Below are positions 1 to 15,114 of a stretch of DNA of 64,000 bases, piece by piece. The first letter of the stretch is position 1; each line of letters opens with the position of its first letter. The position numbers were made by a program, and so were the translations under genes. This stretch comes from Octopus vulgaris (taxonomy: Eukaryota). The notes beneath the pieces were generated by a model that was not told where the DNA came from, did no database searches, and saw nothing but the letters and a program-made list of their open reading frames with translations. The stretch lies in NCBI GenBank assembly GCA_951406725.2, contig OX597825.1, positions 33,108,001-33,172,000 on the forward strand. Reading direction: 5' to 3'.

Positions 1-299
1 ACTTTTCCTCTTCCGAACGTCCAGTTTCCTCTATAGAGACTTCATTCTTTCCGATATAGGAGAAATATAGAATAATCATTTTTTAATAATAAGTTCTTAC
101 ATTTTTCCCCTACATTACGTTTCAGCCAATTGTTATTGTCCATATTTGCGCCTTTAATGTGCATTATGGTGTTAAAAAACAATGGCTTTTCTGGACATAT
201 TGACTGCTATTTTTCGTACCTCTTACACCATTTGTTTGTTTTGTTCTTTATAATCGAGAGAAACAAAAAAATAGTAGCCAGTATGTCCAGAAGAGAGAT

Positions 300-692
300 G
301 CGCAGGAGTAGCTATGTTTTAAGAAGCTTGCTTCCCAACCACATGGTCCCGGGTACAGTCCCACTGCTTGGCACCTTGGGCAAGTGTCTTCTACAATAGC
401 CTCGGACCGACCAAAGCCCTGTGTGAAGATTTGGTAGACGGAAACTAAAAGAAGCCTGTCGTATATTATTTGTGTGTGTGTGTATTTGTGTATCAGCGTT
501 TGTCCCTCCACCATCGTTTCCTACCGATATCGGTGAGTTTACGTCCCTGTAAGTTAGTGGTTCGGCAAAAAAGAACGATAGAATAAGCACTAGGCTTACA
601 ATGAATAAGTCCTTGGGTCGATTTGTTCGACTAAAGGCGGTGCCCTAGTATGGCCGCAGTCAAATGACTGAAACTAGTAAAAGAATAAAAGA

Positions 693-695
<3 letters not shown>
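300..695 (+). mobile_element. tRNA-derived CORE-type SINE (family A)
   Basis: tRNA-like head, CORE-like gcaccttgggcaagtgtctt, internal (TG)n, tail ggcggtgccctagtatggccgcagtcaaatgactgaaac; many copies in the window. Confidence 0.85.
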
Positions 696-764
<69 letters not shown>

Positions 765-1559
765 ATCCTAGCAGTAATTTAAGCAACAGAAAATAGAAAA
801 TATTTACATGGAAAGAAATTCAATTCAGTTCGACGACAAGATGAAGCTAATTGAAAGAATATATAAAAGATGTATTGAAATTTTAAATATCATATGCAAA
901 GAGCCATTCCTACAAGGAAGCTAGATTAAATTTTAGAAAGCAATTAATTATAAAATGTATTTAATTAATGCGCATTGATTTGATATATGTTATTCTAGCG
1001 AGAAAAGACTTTCGCGAAAAACAGTAAATAAAATCCGAAAGATTAACAAGAATTAAGATTTGATAATCATAATAGGGAGAGATGATATATAGACAAGATC
1101 GGTTTATTGTGTTGTCGTAGTTGCTGTTGTTATTGTTGTTGTTGTTCTGTAGCTCCACATCTGCTGTGATGGAGCTGACCGATGATCAAAGGCATTCCAG
1201 CTGTGACCATTATGTGATTTTTTAAAAAATATATTTGCGACTACGTTGTCTCATCAACACATCAATCGCGCATTAAAAGAACGCGCCATGCCTCTTTTAA
1301 GAAAGTGAAATGATTTCTTTGGTATTTCTAGCAGATCTTATGACCGTACAAGACGGTATTCATAGACGCGTGATGACTCTGATTTGTGTGTTGTTTGGAT
1401 GGAAGGATATTATGTTTTACAGTGGGATATAAAAAAATGGAATTATTTATAAATAAAAAAAATTAGAACGGCCTCTGTTGCTATACCCCGATACGGGTTG
1501 ACTTCTAAATTATTCAACAAAAAGTTCCTGTATAAAAATAATATCTGCTAGAATCCAGA

Positions 1560-1990
1560 GTTTCATCGACTGATTTGGAAACACACTTGAGGAACTCAGT
1601 ACCAAAGACTGTGATAGAGAATAAGAAATATATGACTTTATAGGACTTCACCATAAAGACTGACCATTCTTTTGATACAAGAAGGCCAGGTTTGGTTATA
1701 GAGAACAAAATAAACAAATGATCTAAGATCAAAGACTGCAATTCTCTACAATAACAGACTGGATACCAAATAAATTGAGAAAATTGAAGAATAATAGGAC
1801 CGAGCAAGAGAGATAAAGAAATAGCGGATGACAACAGTTATTCTTGTAGCAATTGTTGCACTTGGCACAACATCCAAAACGTTATCTTAAGAGACTGAAG
1901 GAAATTAGAATTGAGATTCGCATTGTCAAACTGCAGAAAAACTTCCATTCTGTATTCGGCAAGAATCCTAACAAAGCTTCTTGAGACTTC
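1560..1990 (+). mobile_element. Decayed R4/Dong-like non-LTR retrotransposon, RLE endonuclease fragment
   Basis: Broken frames give PKTVIENKK..DFTIKTDH..RRPGLVI and VILVAIVALGT...LQK..SARILTKLLE. Confidence 0.65.
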
Positions 1991-2196
1991 GTATCACCAA
2001 ACTTCGAGATAAAATTCTTACTGTTCCATCTACTTCAGTTCTCAGTTGATATTTATTTTTGTTGTCTTCCGAAAGAATGAAAAGCAAAGTCGACCTTGGC
2101 GGAATTTAAATTCAGAATGTAAAGCCGAAAAAAATGCTGCTATGTATTTTGCCCGGTTAACGTTTCTGCTTCCTCGCCGCCTTAATAATAATACTA

Positions 2197-2261
<65 letters not shown>

Positions 2262-2263
<2 letters not shown>

Positions 2264-2500
2264 GTTTGACTTATGCTTTATATTTGTACAAGTTGGCTCC
2301 AAGTCTCATCCAGAGACCTCAAGAGACAACAGGTTGGAAGTTCACGTTGTTGTTATGCCTAATGTTTGGTTGTTTTTTTTTGTGTTGTACAAGTGGATGT
2401 CTAAAAAAGAATGTTTGTTTTAAACCTTGAGATTACATAGAAAGTATTTTGCGTAGGATATGATCAGTTCCCATGAGCACTATCTTTTGAATTTCTGCCA
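2262..2500 (-). mobile_element. 5'-truncated R4/Dong-like 3' end in a (TAA)n array
   Basis: MAEIQKIVLMGTDHILRKILSM*, then a 3' UTR; flanked on both sides by (TAA)n. Confidence 0.75.
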
Positions 2501-2533
<33 letters not shown>

Positions 2534-2556
2534 CATTATTATTATTATTATTATTA

Positions 2557-3012
<456 letters not shown>

Positions 3013-3484
3013 GACAGTGGCTCTCATGGCTTCTGATCTTAACTGATTGGAAGTGCTATCATGTATATGTTTTATTTCGGTGTGAAAGATGGACTACAAC
3101 AAATATTCTGCTCAGTATTAGATTTGTTTGTCAGTTGTTTGACCTTAACCAGTTGAGCATGTCCCTTAGTGGCTAACGATATGTGCATCTCTGATCACAA
3201 GTAGGAGTGTCTTAGCCATATATTGACAAGAATTCTTTGGGGTTTGAATAATTCCCCGCTGGAAACACTCTGGAAGTCTTTGGGACTTTCCAGTATGTAC
3301 AGACCAGACCATCAAAGCAAATAAACCAGATATTGTTGTGAAAGACAAAAAACAATAAATTCTGTTTATTGATTGACATGAGTATACCCTGTGACAATAA
3401 TATCTCAGCAAAAGAATTTTATAAGCTCAGAAAATATAAAGAATTGGGAAACGAAATCGAAAAGATGTGACAGCTCTCTCACTC

Positions 3485-3486
<2 letters not shown>
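3013..3486 (+). mobile_element. Non-autonomous (TAA)n-embedded element carrying an RLE coding piece
   Basis: 5' part matches about 43475-43740; then LWDFPVCTDQTIKANKPDIVVKDK..CLLIDMSIPCDNNISAKE; ends ctctctcactc(aat)n. Confidence 0.7.
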
Positions 3487-3554
<68 letters not shown>

Positions 3555-4364
3555 GCACCATGATGAAAAAGAATAGTAATTGTGAAGTGGTGGAGACTAG
3601 TTTATTATATAGAAGACTAATTATTTTATCGTTCCTGGAAAGGTGAAAGACAAATTTGATCTCGTCGGGATTTGAACTCAGAACGCAATTAAATATGCAA
3701 AGCATTTCATCCATCTTTCTAGCGATTCTTACAAAATAACAATCGAAGGCATAACATCCGAACATACGTCGTGACAAGAAGAATTGTGCTATAAATGCTG
3801 GGTAGTGACCGAAAAGAATACGATTGCGGAAACAAACCTCCGAAATCGAATCCGTTTGAAGGATCTCTGGAGTGAGTAACTCGAAGATCAAAGAGCATTT
3901 CCAGGTCGGACCGCCGCTTCTCCGCATTGAGATGTCACAGCTTCCATACTATGGACATGTGATTAGAATATCACAAGAAAGAATCGCAAGAGGGATTCTT
4001 CAAGCTAATTGATAGGAGACCTAAGGGGATACCAAGAACGAGAAGGGTGGATAGTATCCATAATGTCAGTTGGCCACGCTTGGGAATCCAGCCAGAAAGT
4101 CTAATGGCGGTTGTTTCTGACGGGACCCTGTGAGGGAGGAGCCCGAGGACATTCCCTCCATGACCCTCCCAGGAATAGTAGGCGAAGAAGGAGCATGAAT
4201 GGATGAACATTATAGATGAACATATTATGGATGGACGTTATAAATGATGTTGTAGTTAGGAATGGTCATGCTGCCAGTTTAGCCAATAAAAACACACGCA
4301 CTATATATTTGGTGTTAATTTGCTTCAGCTTTATTTAGTTTTTACATTAATCTTAATCTTATTT

Positions 4365-4411
4365 AGGCCAGAGTTCTTTCGTTACACTTCTGTGACCTCA
4401 TCAGTGGTCCT
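4365..4411 (-). ncRNA. Candidate minimal type I hammerhead ribozyme
   Basis: aggacca-CTGATGA-ggtcacagaagtgtaac-GAAA-gaac-TC/tggcct: core boxes in the correct order, 6-bp stem I with one bulge, imperfect stem II, minimal stem III. Confidence 0.55.
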
Positions 4412-5334
4412 TTACTTTCTTATTTGTGTATCTCTCCTTACTAACGGTCAGCAAAACAAATATATAACCGTTATAAATGTGTTTTCCATTTACGGTTACA
4501 TAAATTAACAAGTTAAGAAAACAAGGGCAAGTATATTAATAATATTTAGAACACACCATCTGACAGAGACAGATTACACTTGCTATGCACACTCACTTGG
4601 TGTGCATAGTATTATCAAGTAAGATTAGTTGGCTCTACTAACTAAGCAACTTGAGTTTCGAAAAGTCTATTCATATGTAATCTGTGTAGTTTTGTTATAT
4701 GTACGAGGATAGTCAAAACATCGATAAAAAATGTTTTTAACAACAATTTTTGGCAGGCTTTCAAATCGTTGTTATAATTTATATATAATCTACAAAAGAC
4801 CTTGGATTGTGCTTTTCAGGTTTGATAATGCAGTTAGATAGACTTGTCCGAGATAAGTTGATGAGTGAACGACAACACTATCGTCGTTCTACTTATAATA
4901 TTCTACCTTATTTTTAATGGTATTCCTATCTATTTTGGAAATAGATATTACAGAATGCAGTTAATAGTCTTTGTCTTGTTTTGTTCTTGTTTTATTTTTT
5001 TGTTTTTTGTTGGGGTTTTTTTTTTCACTATATTCAAGATATGTATCTAGGTTTCTTCTTTCGTTTTGCTTGAAATTGTTCAACATTTAGCGACTACCCG
5101 CATATTTTCGAGATATATATATATAAAAGCATAAAGTTGGATAACATCGTACGTCGTCGTCGTCGTCATCATCATCATCATCATCATTATCATCGACGTC
5201 GTCGTCATCGTCGTCGTTATCATTTCAGATTGCCAGCAAACGTTAGAGATTTTTCTATTTGCATATATTTTTGTCGTTATACACTGAGATTGTTTTTTTA
5301 CTCGGGTCTTTAAATTCAAATGAATACAAACATT

Positions 5335-6075
5335 CACACATACATACACACATACAAACATACACACACATACATACATACATACACACATACATACATA
5401 CATACACACACATACATACATACATACACACATACATACATACATACATACATACATACACACACACATACATACACACATACATACATACACACATACA
5501 AACATACACACACATACATACACACATACATACACACATACATACATACACACATACATACATACACACATACATACATACACACATACATACATACATA
5601 CATACATACATACATACACACATACACACATACACACATACACACATACAAACATACACACACATACATACACACATACACACATACACACATACATACA
5701 TACACACATACAAACATACACTCACATACATACACACATACATACACACATACAAACATACACTCACATACATACATACATACATACATACACACACACA
5801 TACATACACACATACATACATACACACATACATACACACATACATACACACATGCATTCATATGTTCACACATACAGGCACATATATGTCTATATAAGTG
5901 TATGTTTGTGTGTGTTTAAATATATACAAACGCGCAGACACCTATGAATATATATGTATATATGCATGCAGGCATACTTATATACATACATATATATGCA
6001 TGCAAACATACATGCATATTTGTATACATGCATACATGCATACATGCATGCGTGCAGGCATACATGCATACATAT
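5335..6075. repeat. Compound (CATA)/(CA) microsatellite
   Basis: Direct reading. Confidence 0.95.
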
Positions 6076-6076
6076 T

Positions 6077-6770
6077 CCTCGTCTGATAACCTTAAATACA
6101 TGCCCAAAGAAGTCGCACGACTTTACCTCAACGTATCATCAGATGAAAGGATTAGCGTATACCAGCAGAAGACCTTGCATGGATTTGTTGGTTGAAACTC
6201 CGGGATTATAGTAGCATTGATCATCAAAGCAGTCTATCATGGACCAACAACCGGATTACTAACTCCCACTTTGATGGGTATGCATTTGCAATCCAGGAAC
6301 AAAAAATATCAACCAAATACCTGATGCACGAAAGGGACAGAGACGCAGCAAAATGTGATAACCGATGCAGATTTTGTGGAGTTAACACCGAAGATATCGC
6401 ATACTTCATAAGCACTTGTCCAAATATATCATCACAGTGTTATCTACCGATGAGACATGATGTTGTAACTAGGACACTGTATAATGAGAGCCGTCGGAAG
6501 GATAACAGATCAAAGAAATAAGAACCTACAGTATGATAGAAACCATAGTCAATCATAATAAAAAGGAGTACTGGTGGAATGTTCCAGTGAAAACCTCAAT
6601 AAAATGTATAGGCGTAGGAGTGGCTGTGTGGTAAGAAGCTTGCTTACAAACCACATGGTTCCGAGTTCAGTTCCACTGCGTGTCACCTTCGGCAAGTGTC
6701 TTCTACTATAGCCTCGGGCCAACCAAAGTCTTGTGAGTGGATTTGGTAGACGGAAATTGAAAAAAGCCCG

Positions 6771-6826
<56 letters not shown>

Positions 6827-7760
6827 ATGTGTCTGTGTTTGTCCCCCCAACATCGCTTGACAACCGATGCTGGTGTGTTTACATCCCAGTAAGCTAGCGG
6901 TTCGGCAAAAGAGTTCGATAGAATAAGTCCTTGGCTTACAACGAATAAGTCCTGGGGTCGATTTGCTCGACTAAAGGCGGTGCTCCAGCATGGCCACAAT
7001 CAAATGATTGAAACAAGTAAAAGAGTAAACGAATGTAAACATAATATGCTAATTTGAGATAGAGAAGAGAGACTGTGTCGTGGAAATCATCTGCCAGCGG
7101 ATGTTAACATAAAGCTAAAGATCAGAAAAAAATAAAATACTTACGCTGAACTATTGTGAAATTTGCAGTTACTCTATCCAGATTACAAGTTCCGGTTTAT
7201 ACCTGTGATTATTGGGGCACTGAGATATGTAACACACTGCCTAAATACCAATCTTGAGAAATTAGGCTTCTCAAAACCAGTAACAAGAAAGCTGATTCGA
7301 AGACTACAGATCCAGGCCATAACTAGAACTGTAAAAATCTGTAAAACTTGCATGTCTAGGCATGCGACTATATACTTGAGAATATATATATATAAAACAA
7401 AACACAAAAATCAGCACATATACATGCTTGCGTACAAAAGTACCATGTTGATGTTGTTGAAATTCCAATGAAGGAACCTTGGAGCTAGGTTAGAAACTGG
7501 CTCTTTCCCTATTGGCAAGAAGTCTTGAAATAATAACATACATAACAATAATAACATATATGAAATAATAACATACATTCATGCATGTACACATACATAC
7601 TTACGTACATAAATACTTATCTATGTATACAAAAAATACCCTGTTGTTGATGTTGAAATTCCAGTGAAGAAGCTTTGGATCTAGGTTATAAAAACCGGCT
7701 TTTTTCTATTGGCAAGAAATCTTGAAATAAACCTGAATAATAACATACATACATACATAT
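6077..7760 (+). mobile_element. R4/Dong-like retrotransposon 3' half in a (CATA)n microsatellite, with nested SINE and duplicated 3' UTR
   Basis: FAIQEQKISTKYL, CCHC-like CRFCGVNTEDIAYFISTC..RHDVV, FIPVIIGALRYV..LEKLGF; 3' UTR repeated at about 7440-7560 and 7640-7760. Confidence 0.8.
6610..7030 (+). mobile_element. SINE family A, nested in an R4/Dong-like element
   Basis: Near-identical to the copy at 300-695; it interrupts endonuclease-coding sequence. Confidence 0.85.
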
Positions 7761-8003
7761 ATGCATACATGTATGTATACATGCATACATGCATGCAGTC
7801 GAGCGCACCCCTCCATATCTAAGACTCCAGTTTATTACTGGTACCAACCTGGCTTCTCTATCACAAAAGCAGCAGAGCTATATGTGGTAATGGGAATTAA
7901 TGCTTGTTTTTTTGTGACGAATCTACCTGCCAAAACTACTTGTTTCCAACTAATTTTGATGTTATACATACACACGCACACACACATACACACACACACA
8001 CAC

Positions 8004-8065
<62 letters not shown>

Positions 8066-8142
8066 CATATATACATACACACATATATACACACACATAC
8101 ATACATGTGTGTGTGTGTGTGTGTGTATGCATGTATGTATAT

Positions 8143-8560
8143 ATACTCTTTTACTCTTTTACACGTTTCAGTCATTGACTGCAACCATACTGGTGCACCG
8201 CCTTTAGTCGAACAAATCGACCCCAGGACTTATTCTTTGTAAGTCTAGTACTTATTCTATCGGTCTATTTTGCCGAACCGCTAAGTTTCTTGGACATAAA
8301 TACACCAACATCGGTTGTCAAGCGATGGTGGTGGGACAAACACAGGCACAAAGACACACACATAAATAAATATATATATATATATATATATATACACGAC
8401 GGGCTTCTTTCAGTTTACACCTTCTAAATCCACTCACAAGGCTTTGATCGGCCCGAAGCTATATTAGAAGACACTTGCCCATGGTGCCACGCTGTGTGAC
8501 TGAACCCGGAGCCATGCAGATGGGAAGCAAGCTTTTTACCACACAGCCACGCCTGCGCCT
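8143..8560 (-). mobile_element. SINE family A
   Basis: Reverse complement of the family consensus, full length. Confidence 0.85.
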
Positions 8561-9797
8561 ATATCTTTACATTTTTGATGTTTATCTACGTGTAACATGT
8601 TATAACTAACTATAAGTTATAAATATTTATAGCTATCTTTGAAATGATAACGAAAAAAAAATCATGAATGAGACGGAGGGTAAAAGATAACTTTATACCA
8701 ATATATTATCACATGACCGAAGAAACATCAGATATTTAACAGATCACGTGTGTTTCGTGTCGAGTTGTTTTTGTCTTTCATTTTGGTTAAATTTCTTTTC
8801 TTTTTTTTTTCTCTATAGTTCATTATCGTCTGTTCTTTCCTCTCTTTTAACTTTTAACTTTTCGTTTTAGGTTTCTTCACATGAACAGTGATCAATATCA
8901 TGTAGCCAGCCTTCATTGAAATTAAAGGTTAAACGGATGTTTTGTAACAGTATAAGCAGACGAATGCTAACAGAAAAATTCCCCCCAATCGAAATAATAT
9001 CTGAAGAAGGTTATGCTAAATCTGTTTCATATTAGTCTATTAAAAGAGACGAATAGTCGCATTGTGTCTTCGTGGAATTCCACTGCAATACACACCAAGT
9101 CGGGTTAGCACTTTTTTATGCGATAACAAAACGTTACTGAGTCTTTAGAAATCAATTGGTTTCAGAAGAAAGCTAGATGTACATCACTATAGAAGGTCGA
9201 GCGCATTTAGTTCACAGAGTAGTATTAGTTATCTAGTTTTATTGGCTATGGTTGGTGAGTTATTGGTCCGTTTTTTACCTGGCTCAAATTAAATCATAAT
9301 TCACAGGCACACACACGATGGAACTATGAAGCTCTCTATGCTGCAGAATCCAACCAACTAAAAAATATACCAACCGAATCTCCCTCAAAATATATTTTAT
9401 TGTCTTGAACACGGTAAAGGGCACTTAAGAGTGTAAACCCCGATTCATATACTACATTTGAAAGAAAAAAATATATTGCTAACTTCTAAATCCTTGATCA
9501 GAACTTACCTGAAACTAAAAACCAATTACAAGGCGAATTAGCAGAATTGTTGGAGCATAGGACAAATCATTTTTTTGTGACTTCTGTTCCGGTTTTCTGC
9601 GCTGTATGTTCAAATCCTGGCAAATTCAGCATAACTTTTAATTTTTAGGGGGTCAGTAAGCGTAGAAACTTGACTATTTATACACGTTGCTAGGTTCCTA
9701 ATTGTAACTGGATTGGATTTTTTATGGATATAGACTGTCTCCTGCTTTGGCTTCCTATATGCCAGACAGTACACACCTGTGTGTGTGCACGCGCGCG

Positions 9798-9838
<41 letters not shown>

Positions 9839-9971
9839 TTTGATTTGAAAACCCCACTAGAATGGGAGAAAGCGCTAATGATCTAAATGATATGATATAT
9901 ATGTAAAAAATGTAATATATAAATAAATATCTGTAAATATAAACCATCCGATCTTCTGATTACCTCATTTC

Positions 9972-10036
<65 letters not shown>

Positions 10037-10610
10037 AGAGAGAGAGAGCAATAAGAAAATGGAGGGGATCAATGGGTGGTTCATCAACTTTTAGACACTA
10101 TATGTCTAAAAGTTGATGAACCATCTATTGATCATCTCCCTTTTTTTTATTGCTCTATAAATTAATGGTAAAATATCTCTTTACCTTCTCCCATTTAGTA
10201 CATTCAGTAATGTAACTGCAATGCAATAAAAAACACTTGTGTATTAATAATTAGGTATTATACTAGCAGTATATTGGATAGATATTATCCCTTAGTTGGT
10301 TGGATTCACAACCTCTAACTTTCTTATGGCGTTGCCTGAACAGATGTAAGATGTACCACGTGTCGCGTGTCGAAGAGATCGATGAAAAAAGTATCAGTTG
10401 AGGGCGGTGGATTGGCACAAATTTAAAGGTGTTGAATGTGAATCTTGTGGTATCAGCTCGGGCTCTGTGCATTCCAAATTAAAATCCCATCCCGTCACCG
10501 TAAAAGGGCGACACTGAAATTCAACAGGCAGATTATATAAGCAATATGAAATGCCAATGGATTCAGTTTCCTCGATTTTATCGGAAGAGCGCCTGCCGCC
10601 ACCACCACCA

Positions 10611-10652
<42 letters not shown>

Positions 10653-11297
10653 ACATACATACATACATACATACATACATACATACATACATACATACAT
10701 ACATACATACATACGTACATACATGCATGCATGCATGAAACCAACGCTTCCACAATCAAGAATCTATAAAAAAAATCCCGTCAACGAAACAAATACGAAA
10801 ACCAACATCTCAAAATAAACAATGAAACTGTAGGGTTAGTCACGCTCTTAAAGACAGAGAATCGTATGAACTGCCTCGGCTCACATTCCATCTTCTATTA
10901 TGCTCAAAGTTCATATGCCCAACTTCTCTTCTCATTCTAAATGTGGGCTGATTAACCCCTACAGAAGCGTGACAGGCATTATAAGTAAGCGTACTCCCGG
11001 TACCATCAACTCCGATTTCAGAAAAGCTAAGGCAGTGTGACCCAACGGCATTTCAGCACCGCAGATCCGATTAGTTCCGCGTCATCGGGAATAAAGCAAC
11101 CTGTACTTCAACCAGTTCAATCTCCTGGATTTCTACTCAACAATATATCGAAATCTCTCCACCATAAGAACGTAGAATCTTAGTAAATGCATACTTCATT
11201 GCCATTGTAGAATAAATCCAAGGTTGACATAAATACATGAAATAGTTATTGTGAAGTTATTGCTAAGAAGAATGTACCTGATAGCTTCCAGTAGAGC

Positions 11298-12200
<903 letters not shown>

Positions 12201-12949
12201 CAGGGTACTATAAAAATCAAATTAACTCTCATTATAAAGCTGATCAACAATTCTATGACGGATAATTAAGTAATTGCACAGTCTATCAAGACTAATAACA
12301 ACTTCAATTTTGTTAGATACAATGGAAACTCAAAAAAAATTGGTCCACTTTCTCACATGATAAACTTTTATTTTTTATAAACATTGCCGTCGCCATAAGC
12401 TGTGTTTTGGGTTTCCTTTAAGCTATATTTGTAACAATAAGATGTATTTAGAGTCTTTCAAGAGTTTCTTTAACCTTTTTTTTTTCTTCAGAGCTTCTCT
12501 ACCATTTTTAGGCTTCTTTATGAAAGCTCCGGTGGTGAAAATGTCAACGTAAATCTTCCTGTAAGAAAAGCTTGCGGACCACAGCTGCTACAACACGGAA
12601 GTTGTTACTATTACTGTTACCTGCTTCCGTTGTCGTTGTTTTTGTTGATCCTGTTGGGGCTTTTTTTTCCATAGTTTAGGCGTTATCTACCAGACACTAA
12701 ACTCTACCATTTACGTATTTTTGGAGGTTTTTTCAGGATTATTATGTCTACATATATTTTTTTTTATCAATATATTGTAGGGTGCTATTTGAGAGCTATT
12801 TGGTTTCTATTTCTAACAGATCGAACGACTACAAAGAAACCCCCTCGTTGGCTTGAACAGCGTAGAAGCAACTTGATTTGGCGATCTGAGTAGAAATTTT
12901 ACAATCCATCCTTAAGATGTACCCTAAAAGATGACATTCACTCCTCACG

Positions 12950-13830
12950 AATATCAAGACTTACTTTTCTACAGCCTCGACTTGCAGATAAAGGATGATT
13001 TTTTCTGATAATGGAATACTAAGAAGCTGTGTATGATAGAAACATTCACTTATTCCATCTAACTTCTAGTCATACACCACCTACCTACATTGCGAAGCGT
13101 TACAGGCTGTACAAATGTCTCGTAAATGTTCAGAGTGTTCTCCTTCAACATGACGAATTGTTGTTCCGTGACATAAAGAGATCGCATTGATTTGAATGCG
13201 CTAGCTACAAGTGCTTTACTCTATAACACATCCACAAATCTATCGAGAAATGGTTGAAAGCTTTGCCTTGTCACTACTTCTCACCGATTCTGTGTGGTTC
13301 ATCGTAAATGATTGTAAATTCCATCATGACTGTGTTTACTCGGAGAAGCCATTCTTTGAGGTCTTCCGGAAAGTGCAGAAGTCAGTGTAATATCTTTATC
13401 ATCGACATGCTTGCAATTTCTGCTCGATGAGTGCGATTAATTTTCATTGTAGAGAACAACCGGATGGAGAAAGTTGCCTTCGAAAATGATTTCCTGCTTT
13501 TGTAAGACAACCGGGAAGTGTAATGTGTGTAGCAGTAGAATCGCTAAACCGAAGATGGAATCACCGTGTCTTCGTTATTATTGCATAGTTTCAGGAGGTG
13601 ATTAAGAATTCCAGTATACAGAATGACATATTATTTCTCGATATCAATTCCGTTATAATTTAAAGGAAAGACATTGAGACAACACTTATACAACAATGCT
13701 TACCCCAACTCAGCTGAAAGAATTCACAGCTTCTAGAATTTCGATAAAGATTAAAGATACATAAACTAGTGTCGCACGAAGCCGCATTGAATAAAATAAA
13801 CGCATGTACAATCGTGTATAACCTTTCGCT
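12950..13830 (+). mobile_element. Possible highly decayed Tc1/mariner remnant
   Basis: Only a QPGSVMCVA-like motif is recognisable. Confidence 0.3.
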
Positions 13831-14589
13831 TTGGACATATTTGCGGGATAAATTTCTCCTCGTAGTCAATATGTATGAAAACACATCATTGGTCTATGAA
13901 TGATACCATCGGATCGTAGAACGTATGCGTTTCTATGTGGTTACACGTTGTCAGCTACAAATACCGAATCAGTCGCTCACAGCCTTGTAACAATGGTACT
14001 TCTTATGTATAAACAGCAAATACATTTGCTGACATGCGTAAAGCTTGATTAAGCGGGAATAATCAGAGTATAATCGTATGAAGCAACTCTGAGTAAGATA
14101 TATGCGTAACTAATATTTGACACGTTCAGTGGCTCGTATGCATGGGAAGACGCACAACAATGTACAAACGCATGCGTCCTCCGATCTCATGTGTTTTTAG
14201 GTATAATGTCTATGAAGAGATATTTCTCCTAAGAATATATCCGTAGCGAAAGATCTTCCCACGTTCGAGTGTACACAAGTATGTTAAATAAGATTGAACA
14301 TGTGTATATATTAATTCATGTTTTAGATACCTATGGAGTTCTTCAGAACGGAACTTATTTAGTGAAAAGTTTTTAAAAATCAGATTAAATATTTTGGAAC
14401 TTTGAATGAAAGATAAACGTAGCCGTTATATTTAACATGTTCAGGTCCACTCACACAGGGGGTAGACACAACAGCAGAGAAACGCGTGTGTCCAAAGATC
14501 TTATGACCTTATTCATAGCCCAAAGTCTTTTTTTTTTAATACATTGTCTTTGGGGATAGAGAAATTCGTTGAAACTTTTCTTTTTTTTT

Positions 14590-14985
14590 TCAGTCATTTG
14601 ACTACGGCCATGTTTGAGCACCGCCTTTAGTCGAAGAAAGCGACCCCAGGACTTATTCTTTGTAAGCCTAGTACTTATTCTATCGGTTTATTTTGCCGAA
14701 CCGCTAAGTTTCGGGGACGTAGACACACCAACATCAATTGCCAAGCGATGATAGAGGGAACAAACACAGACACACAAACATAAACAGACACACACACATA
14801 CATATATGTGTGTGTGTGTCCTACGGGCTTCTTTCAGTTCCCGTCTACCAAATCCTCTCACAAGGCTTTGGTCGGCCCGAGGCTATAGTAGATGACACTT
14901 GCTCGCGGTGCCACGCAGTGGGTCTGAACCCGGAACTATGTGGTTGGTTACCAAGCTACTTACCACACAGCTGCTCCTGCGTCTA
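14590..14985 (-). mobile_element. SINE family A
   Basis: Reverse complement of the family consensus. Confidence 0.85.
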
Positions 14986-14989
14986 TGTA

Positions 14990-14996
14990 ATGTGTA

Positions 14997-15044
<48 letters not shown>

Positions 15045-15082
15045 TGCGTGTGTGCGTGTGTGTGTGCGTGTCTGTGTGCGTG

Positions 15083-15114
<32 letters not shown>

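Noticed and set aside
248-590. Recurrent ORFs containing [24 protein letters not shown]
   Set aside because: Translations of SINE family A, found at every copy.
5080-5919. Long ORFs rich in YVCM/HTYI, and similar poly-I, poly-N, poly-V, poly-L or poly-P ORFs at 2725-3036, 15349-18460 and 25908-26465
   Set aside because: They are translations of microsatellites, which lack stop codons by construction.
10829-11142. Possible short solo LTR (TGT...ACA with AATAAA)
   Set aside because: No matching TSD and no second copy in the window; too weak to call.
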